Origin: Heteronotia binoei | Lineage: Eukaryota | DNA: 55,226 bases | Assembly: GCF_032191835.1 (NCBI RefSeq) | Contig: NC_083232.1 | Location: forward strand, 97,154,001 to 97,209,226 | Reading direction: 5' to 3' | In this document: positions 47,910-55,226 of the stretch, one piece after another | How the letters are laid out: each line of letters opens with the position of its first letter | How positions within the stretch are numbered: position 1 is the stretch's first letter | Notes under the pieces: model-generated | What the model was told of the DNA's origin: nothing | Databases searched by the model: none | The model's input: only the letters and a program-made list of their open reading frames with translations | Made by a program: the position numbers and the translations under genes

Positions 47910-50455
47910 TTATGTCCATCAATCTGAAACAATTCTGTTTGAGGCCAGCGTGAGCTCCTTCCAGCTTCTGATGCTAAACTCTCCTGGGCCCCTTCTCCCC
48001 TTAGAGCTTTTGTTCTTCCTCATTGGTAACCAAGGCTGCTTTGTGGCACCTGGCAAGCAGACCTGTCTGTATCCTGCAACTTGTCTGCATTGATTGAGTG
48101 ACAGAAGGGGCTGTAGGTCTTGCTGGTGGTTGCTGCGGTAACCAAGAATCTTGAGAAGGATGCAGGTTGACAGTTGGCCGTGGGACTTTCTGAGCTGAGC
48201 GGAAGCATCTGTTGACTGAAGAAGGAACTCTCTCATGAGACTCATGTTAAATTGAGGGGAGGGGGGATTGATATGGCATTTCAGTGTTGCTCCTCTCACT
48301 GTTGGCCAGCAAGAATTGTTACAGTCTATTCTCACTGCTCCAGAAATACTGACGGAGTGTGTAGCATAATTTTAAAACACACAACGGCATTGGAAGTTGG
48401 AGGTAGCTTTGCAGGGTCCAGAAGCTTGAGACGCAGCTGTCTAATCCAAGGTTGTGAGTAGCCGCTCATCTGATTTTTGGTGGTGTGGGTGAGAATTGTT
48501 TCCAGGCAAGCGTGCTGAGAAACTTTGCAAAGAGCTTGGATTTTGTGGAGATGCGGGCTATGGTGGTGGGAAGCGCCACCAAGTTGCAGCCGGCATATGG
48601 CGACCCCGTAGGGTTTTCAAGGCAAGAGACGTCAGAGGTAGTTGGCCATTGCCTGCCTCTGTGTAGTGACCTACAAATAGTTGTCCTTGAAAGGGCAGCT
48701 GCCGTAAGAGCTCTCTCAGGCCACCTACCTCACAGGGTGTTTGTTGTGGGGGAGGAAGATAAAGGAGACTGTGAGCCACTCTGAGATTCACACACTATTG
48801 TCACTACTAGCCAAGGCTTAGCTTGCTTAGCTTCCAAGAGCTGATGAGATTGAACTAGCCTGGGCCATCCAGGTCAGGACAACAAATGGACTAGCAAAGA
48901 TATTTGTAAGCTAGTAGAACTTTTAACACCAGCAAAGTTTGATTCTGGATATTTGAGTCTACCCAGAATAAAACTTAGTTGGTCTTCAAGGTGCCGCTGG
49001 ACACAGACTTTGTTCTGCTGCTTCAGACCAACATGGCTGCCCACCCAAATCTGTAAGCTAGGAATACTTGTGAACTTCCAGCATGGGGACTCTAATGTCA
49101 TTTTCTGTTTTGCTGAATAAAGGCAGGCTGTATCTGTAGACATGAGATGGGAGACTCTTTCCATCCGATACCTATATTGACAAAGTAGATTGCTCTGGTC
49201 AGTTTTGCTGGTGTTGATACCTCCTTTTCTAACCTCTGAGGAATGGCGAATTAAAGCTATTACAAATATATGCCTGCAAAATGTAATAGATAAAAGAGCT
49301 GGAGCCGTGTACTATCAACGGCCTTTGTTATAATCTAAGAAAATCTTATGCTGCCCAGTGGCACTGCAGGAGGACAAAAAAAAAAAAAAAGATCTGTCTT
49401 TAGCTAACAACTTATCCTTAAAATTTGTGACCTTAATTCTAGCCAGTACTTAATATTAGACATTTTAACAATTAAGAAGTCCCTTAAAGGATTTTGAACG
49501 GTTTGTGTACTAAGTAAAGGTTTTCTTTTCTGTATTGTAATGGAGTTGGTTGAATCGTACTAAGCAATAAAACAAAAGTAAAGTTATGTTAACATTATCT
49601 TAGCAAATAGAATGACAGTAAAACATAATGGCAAATGTCATGAAATGAGACTTTGTATCAAAGGATTTGTTTGTGTTGCAATATATTTTGTTCCTGCTCT
49701 TCTGGTTTAGGGCTTGGGTCATATTCTGCAGATTAAACTTTAAAGATGGCTGTTCTATACTGGCATATTAATTTCATCTGGGCAACGTGTTCGTGTTTTG
49801 CGCCACAGAGATCTCATTCTTTTAGTTGAAATAAAAACAAGTATAACTGATGTTTGGTCTTGCCCCTTCCCTCATGCAGCTTTTCTTGACAATAGTGTGT
49901 GGAAGCTTTACCTGTTGAATTTCTGCCTGCTATTCAGTTCCAGTAAGTTATGTAGTCATGCTTAATAGACAAGCTGGTAAATTCCATGATAGTCTGACAG
50001 AACATGCATTCGAGGTTACCGATAACTTTGGGTGAGTGTACTTTGAAGGCTGTGTGTGTATCTATAACACAATATTGAACAGCCATCTGAGTCCCCTTCT
50101 TTGGCTACTTCTGCCTTCTGTTAGGCAGGTGACTGGCAACCCAAAAGAGGGTCTTTTTGGTTGTGGCACCAAAATTGTGGAACTCCCTCCCATGGCTTAT
50201 TGGTCTATCCCCTTCTGTCTCTTTCTCCCCCATGGTTGAAAATTGTTCCGTTTGGCGTTTCCTCAATTACCTCTTCTTCCTGTCCTGTGTTTTAAAATCC
50301 TACTTTTGAATGTGTTTGTTTTGGGTTTTAACTGATTTTATGATAGGATGTATAATGTTCTGCTTTTAATTGTTAACCTCATTGACAATACAGTAATGAA
50401 CATCTCGAGTGGGACCATTCTTGTTAATTTCTCCTTTTTTTCCTTCCTTCGGCAG

Positions 50456-50542
50456 GGGCCAGCGGCTTGCCAGATCCTTTCTCGTAACTTCCACTTCACA
50501 GTTTATGGAAAGAAAAGTGCATCCGCTAAAGTATCAGATTCA
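50456..50542 (+). CDS. SDHA: SDHA exon 2 (87 nt)
   Basis: CAG| acceptor, GPAACQILSRNFHFTVYGKKSASAKVSDS, donor |GTAAGT. Same length as human exon 2 as I recall it. Confidence 0.92.
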
Positions 50543-51395
50543 GTAAGTTCTGCTTTCTCCTGATTTCTCTGTCCTGTTGTGCTACATGAAAAGGCAAAAA
50601 AAACCTTTGGTCACACTTGCTCCTCTAAGAAAGTGTCACCAACTGACGATCCTGGGATAGCTCATTTTTAAAATAGATTCAGGTGGCTATAGCTGTGTTG
50701 ATCTGAAACAATAGAAAAAGGTTTTGAGTCCAGCGGCACCTCTAAGACCAACAAAATTGTATTCTGGGTATAAGCTTTCATGTGCATGTGTATCTGAAGA
50801 AGTGTGCATACACGCCAAAACTTATACCCAGAATAAATTTTAATTTTTAAAATATAATATAATGGTCTAGTTTTTGGGTGTTGTGCACAATAATGCACGC
50901 TAGCTAAATTGCTAGAGCAGAGCTCAACAAAATCTAGCTGCCAACTCTCTAAAGACTGGAATGAGACTGGCTTCTAAATACTTGAGCTGGGTTGTAGAGC
51001 TAAACGAAGTTTTGTCTCACGCATGAAACCACATAGGAGGCTGCTGTATACTGAATCAGGCACTGATGAAGCCTTCAGCTGCTCAGGTTCGGCAGGGTCA
51101 TGTGCCCTCCTGCTGACTGTTGAATGGAGCGTGATAAAACACAGACATGAAGCTGCCTTAACCAACCAATCTGCCCACCAACATCTTTTGGCCATCTCTG
51201 GCCCAAAGGATGTCTGTCTGGCCTTGACCAGGGCCACGGCCTTTTTGGCCCTGACTCCAACCTGGTGGAATCAACTCCCTATGGAGATACGGGCCCTACC
51301 GGATTTGTTACCTTTCTGTATGATCTGTAAGACGGAGGTGTTACGCCGGGCGTTTGGTTGAGGCAAGTGGGCGTCTTTCTCCTCATTGCCTATAC

Positions 51396-51720
51396 CAGGG
51401 GTCCTCAAACTTTTTAAATAGGGGGCCAGTTCACTGTCCCTCAGACCGTTGGAGGGCCGGACTGCCATTACTGTACAAGGCCGCGGGCCGTCAGTTCTCC
51501 GTCTTCTGCATCTCTCTCCCTTCCCCACACCACACACCCCGGCCTAGGAACTCACCTCACCTCGGTATCACCTCACACTCTGTCTCCGCCGCCTCAGCCC
51601 AGTGCTGGAAGTGTGCGTTGCTAACACGAGTTTAGGTCGAACGTCACTTCTGGTCTGATTTTGCCATAACCCGGCGGGCCGCATAAACGTCCTCAGCGGG
51701 CCGCAGTTTGAGGACCCCTG
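51396..51720. mobile_element. Non-autonomous hAT (Charlie/OC1-like) element, 325 bp
   Basis: TIR CAGGGGTCCTCAAACT...AGTTTGAGGACCCCTG, perfect 8-bp TSD GCCTATAC (51388-51395, 51721-51728). Confidence 0.9.
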
Positions 51721-51836
51721 GCCTATACCATCTGCTATCCTCCCCCACAGTGATCTGTTATCTGAATTATTATATCTGGGCCATTGATTATATTCCAACC
51801 TGCACTATGAGCTTGCCCGCCTTTGTTATATAGTAC

Positions 51837-51837
<1 letters not shown>

Positions 51838-51902
<65 letters not shown>

Positions 51903-51960
51903 TTTATTTTTATATCCCGCCCTCCCCCGCCAAAGGCGGGCTCAGGGCGGCTCACAGACA
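51838..51960 (-). repeat. (AAT)~21 microsatellite forming the tail of a short L2 3' end
   Basis: Pure AAT run 51838-51902 next to TATATCCCGCCCTCCCCCGCC...CTCAGGGCGGC. Confidence 0.9.
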
Positions 51961-52372
51961 TGGAATACCATGATTTAAATAAAACAATGTAGAATGTTGT
52001 TTGCTTTTAATTGTATTTTATTGGTTTTATTGTATTTGACTGGTATTGTATTGTATTTGATTGGTTTTGAGCCCATTTGGGAAAGGGTGGAATATAGATT
52101 TACCTAAATAAATAAATAAATATTATCAAGGTCAGTCTTGTCTACTCAGACTGGCAGTGGCTCTCCAGGGGTCTCAAGCTGAGGTCTTTCCCCTCGCCTA
52201 CTGCCTGGTCCTTTTCACTGGAAATGCCAACGATTGAACCGAGGACAATCTGCATGCCAAGCAGAGGCTCTACCTCTGAGCCCCAGCCTCTCCCGAAGGC
52301 CTGTGCTAGAGGTTTCATTTTCTGGGGCATTGTAGATGCCGCGAGAGTTCATCTTTATTTCTCCTTCTCTAG

Positions 52373-52630
<258 letters not shown>

Positions 52631-52649
52631 TAGAGGTCAGTTGCTAACA

Positions 52650-52875
52650 GTTTGGTGTAGTGGTTAAGTGTGCGGACTCTTATCTGGGAGAACCGGGTTT
52701 GATTCCCCACTCCTCCACTTGCACCTGCTGGAATGGCCTTGGGTCAGCCATAGCTCTGACAGAGGTTGTCCTTGAAAGGGCAGCTGTTGTGGGGGGAGAA
52801 GATATGGGAGATTGTAAGCCGCTCTGAGTCTCTAATTCAGGGAGAAGGGCGGAGTATAAATCTGCAATTCTTCTT
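52650..52875 (+). mobile_element. Squam3-like SINE with an internal deletion
   Basis: Family match. Confidence 0.85.
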
Positions 52876-54278
52876 AAGAACATGAGAAGAGCCCTGCTGG
52901 ATCAGACCAGTGGCCCATCTGGTCCAGCATCCTGTCTCACACAGTGGCCAGCCAGATCCTCTGGGGGTCAAACAACAGGGCATGGAGGCCGAGGCCTTCC
53001 CCTGATGTTGCCTCCTGGCTCTGGGATTCAGAGGATTAGTGCCTCTGGATGTGAAGGTCCCCTCAGTCACCATGGCTAGCAGCCATTGCTGTCCGTGGAC
53101 CTGATTCTGGTTTCCTAGGCTTCAGTCATCTATTTTGCGGTGGGTTTCATTTTGCTGAGAGCCAGCATGGTGTAGTGGATAGAGGGCTGGACTAGGACTC
53201 TTGTGTGTCTTGGATTCAGATTCACACTTCAGCCTTGGAAGTGCACTGGGTCACCTTGGCCCTGTCACAAACTCTCAGCCTGGCCGACCCCACAGGATTG
53301 TTGTGAGCAAATGGAGGAGGGGAGAATGATATTCTGAGTCACAGCTGTGGGGAGAAAAGTGAGATATGAATGAATGAATGTATTGTAAATGCAACTTGCC
53401 CCTCTGAAGCCTGATTCTCTTCCAGGTAGTTAACTGATATCTGGGTTTTACTAAGCCATAATTCCTTCCACACAGTCAACTAGGGGTTGGAGGGAAGGAC
53501 CTCTTCCTGACATGTGACTTTTCTCTTTGTAGTGATTCTCCCCTCCCCCCCCCAGTAAAGGAGGGGGGACCATGTAAGCCTCCTGTGCTGGCTCGAGTAG
53601 TAGCAGAAGTTGCTGGTGTTTCTATTAAAAGTAAAATAACATTCCTGGGCTTGTTTAAAGTATTAAAATGCCACTGCAAAAATGATACAATGGAACAAAA
53701 TTCATGAGGTTGCTAAACTCTTTTGGATGTCTGGCCCTGAACACATTGATTTGTTTGAAGCAGAGAATAGAGCTGGAAGGGACCTTAAGGGTCATCTAAC
53801 CCAACCTCTGTACAATGCAGGAAATTCACAGTGACACCCCCCCCCCCCAAAAAAAATCCCTCACTGACTCCTCTGGGCACAAAACCTCCAGGATCGTATC
53901 CAGGGCGTATCTCTCCTGGAGGAGAATTTCTTTCGGACCCCAGAGTGGCAACCGGTCTTATCCTGGGCATCTAAGAAAGCTGAGCACGGACTCATCCCTT
54001 CCCACCCTCCCTCTCATGACCTGCCTGAGTCTGCTTGGGTTCATAAAACTTTACTGTTTAAAGAATGGGCCAGCTTTTCTTAAATGAGAGCAACAGTTGC
54101 AAAGTGGCTGCCGCAGATGATCGGAAATCGGCCATTTTAATCTGCCAATGATATGAATGACAGGCCCTTTAAAGTATTTCTCAACGGTGGCTGGACAAAC
54201 CCATTTTTGCATTCAGGGGCAGAGAGGAACTGAAGGCTCGATATTGCAGGTGGGCCAACGTATGCTTTTACTTTCCAG

Positions 54279-54422
54279 GGAGGAATCAATGCTGCTCTGG
54301 GGAATATGGAAGAAGATAACTGGCGGTGGCATTTCTATGACACCGTGAAAGGCTCGGACTGGCTGGGGGACCAGGATGCCATTCACTACATGACGGAGCA
54401 GGCCCCTGCTGCGGTTGTCGAG
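54279..54422 (+). CDS. SDHA: SDHA exon 4 (144 nt); the rest of the gene lies beyond the window
   Basis: [51 protein letters not shown]|...|GTATGA. Confidence 0.98.
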
Positions 54423-54544
54423 GTATGAGTAGTAAGATGTTAAATGGGAGCTCTGGCTTTAAAAAGGCCTTTTGGGACTATATTAGTTGTTAAAATAAGC
54501 ACATATGTCTGAGTCTGTAACCCATTCTTGTATGGCATTGCTGC

Positions 54545-55226
54545 TAGGGTGGCCAGACCGTCCCGGTCTCCCGGGAAAGTCCCGGTTCTGGCCCCCAATT
54601 CCCGGCTCCCGGGCTGGCTATACCGGGACCATTAGAGGTCCTGGTTTAGTCAGCCAGAGAGCCGGGGGCCGCGCGCGCGGGCGGGGAAGGCGGCGAGTGA
54701 GGGAGGGAGCGTCCCTGCGCGTGCGCAGGGCAATCGTGGCGGGCCCTGCGCATGCGCGGGGACGCTCCCTCCCTCACTTGCTGCCTTCCCCGCACGCGGG
54801 CCTCCAGTGCAGGCGGAGGCCGGGGAGGGCGTCGGACAGGCCGGCGCTGGTCGCTGGAGGGCCTCCAGCGACCAGCGCTGGCCTCTCCGACGCTTCCCCG
54901 GCCTCTGCCACCGCCGCAGCGCCCCGCGCGCGGGCCTCCAGTGCAGGCGGAGGCCAGGGAGGGCGTCGGAGAGGCCGGCGCTGGTCGCTGGAGGGCCTCC
55001 AGCGACCAGCGCCGGCCTCTCCGACGCTTCCCCGGCCTCCGCCACCGCCGCAGGGAGTGCAGGCGGAGGCCGGGGAGGGCGTCGGAGAGGCCAGCGCTGG
55101 TCGCTGGAGGCCCTCCAGCGACCAGCGCCGGCCTCTCCGACGCCTCCCCGGCCTCTCCGCCGCCCTGGAAGCAGGTAAGCAGGGCAGGCAGGGAGGGAGG
55201 GGGCCGAAAGCGGGGGGCGGCGGCTG
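54545..55226. mobile_element. GC-rich element starting with a hAT-like terminus and containing tandem long hairpins (incomplete at the window end)
   Basis: Starts TAGGGTGGCCAGACCGTCCCG. Four inverted-repeat units. The other terminus is not in the window. Confidence 0.6.

Noticed and set aside
54650-55178. 131-aa and 123-aa ORFs on opposite strands
   Set aside because: A by-product of GC-rich palindromic repeats with few stop codons. The two translations mirror each other.

Overview
Vertebrate (squamate, probably gecko, inferred from the SINE, CR1, L2, Penelope and hAT repeat content) genomic window holding the conserved LRRC14B - CCDC127 - SDHA block. LRRC14B (+) is complete in two coding exons (516 aa). 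CCDC127 (-) is complete in two coding exons (263 aa). SDHA (+) exons 1-4 are present and the gene runs off the window. CCDC127 and SDHA are head-to-head on a shared CpG-island promoter. The introns and the ~29 kb intergenic space are mostly transposable elements: a degenerate near-full-length CR1 split by a very young RTE LINE (uninterrupted ~1036-codon frame), an L2 with one frameshift nested in a CR1 fragment, a Penelope element with inverted pLTRs, a solo LTR, many SINEs and hAT-type MITEs. There is one 146-N assembly gap. I found no convincing new protein-coding system. The most unusual non-coding structures are: (i) a six-unit ~80-bp array next to the bidirectional promoter, with a perfect POU octamer in every unit plus KLF- and SOX-type motifs; (ii) a GC-rich chain of four long hairpins in SDHA intron 4; (iii) UUCG-capped 3' stem-loops with compensatory changes shared by L2 and the abundant SINE; (iv) hammerhead-ribozyme relics and palindromes derived from Penelope pLTRs; (v) a 147-bp near-perfect palindrome in the LRRC14B intron; (vi) a 112-bp locally templated insertion. 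Repeat family names come from recall, not from a database search, and repeat boundaries without a TSD are approximate.
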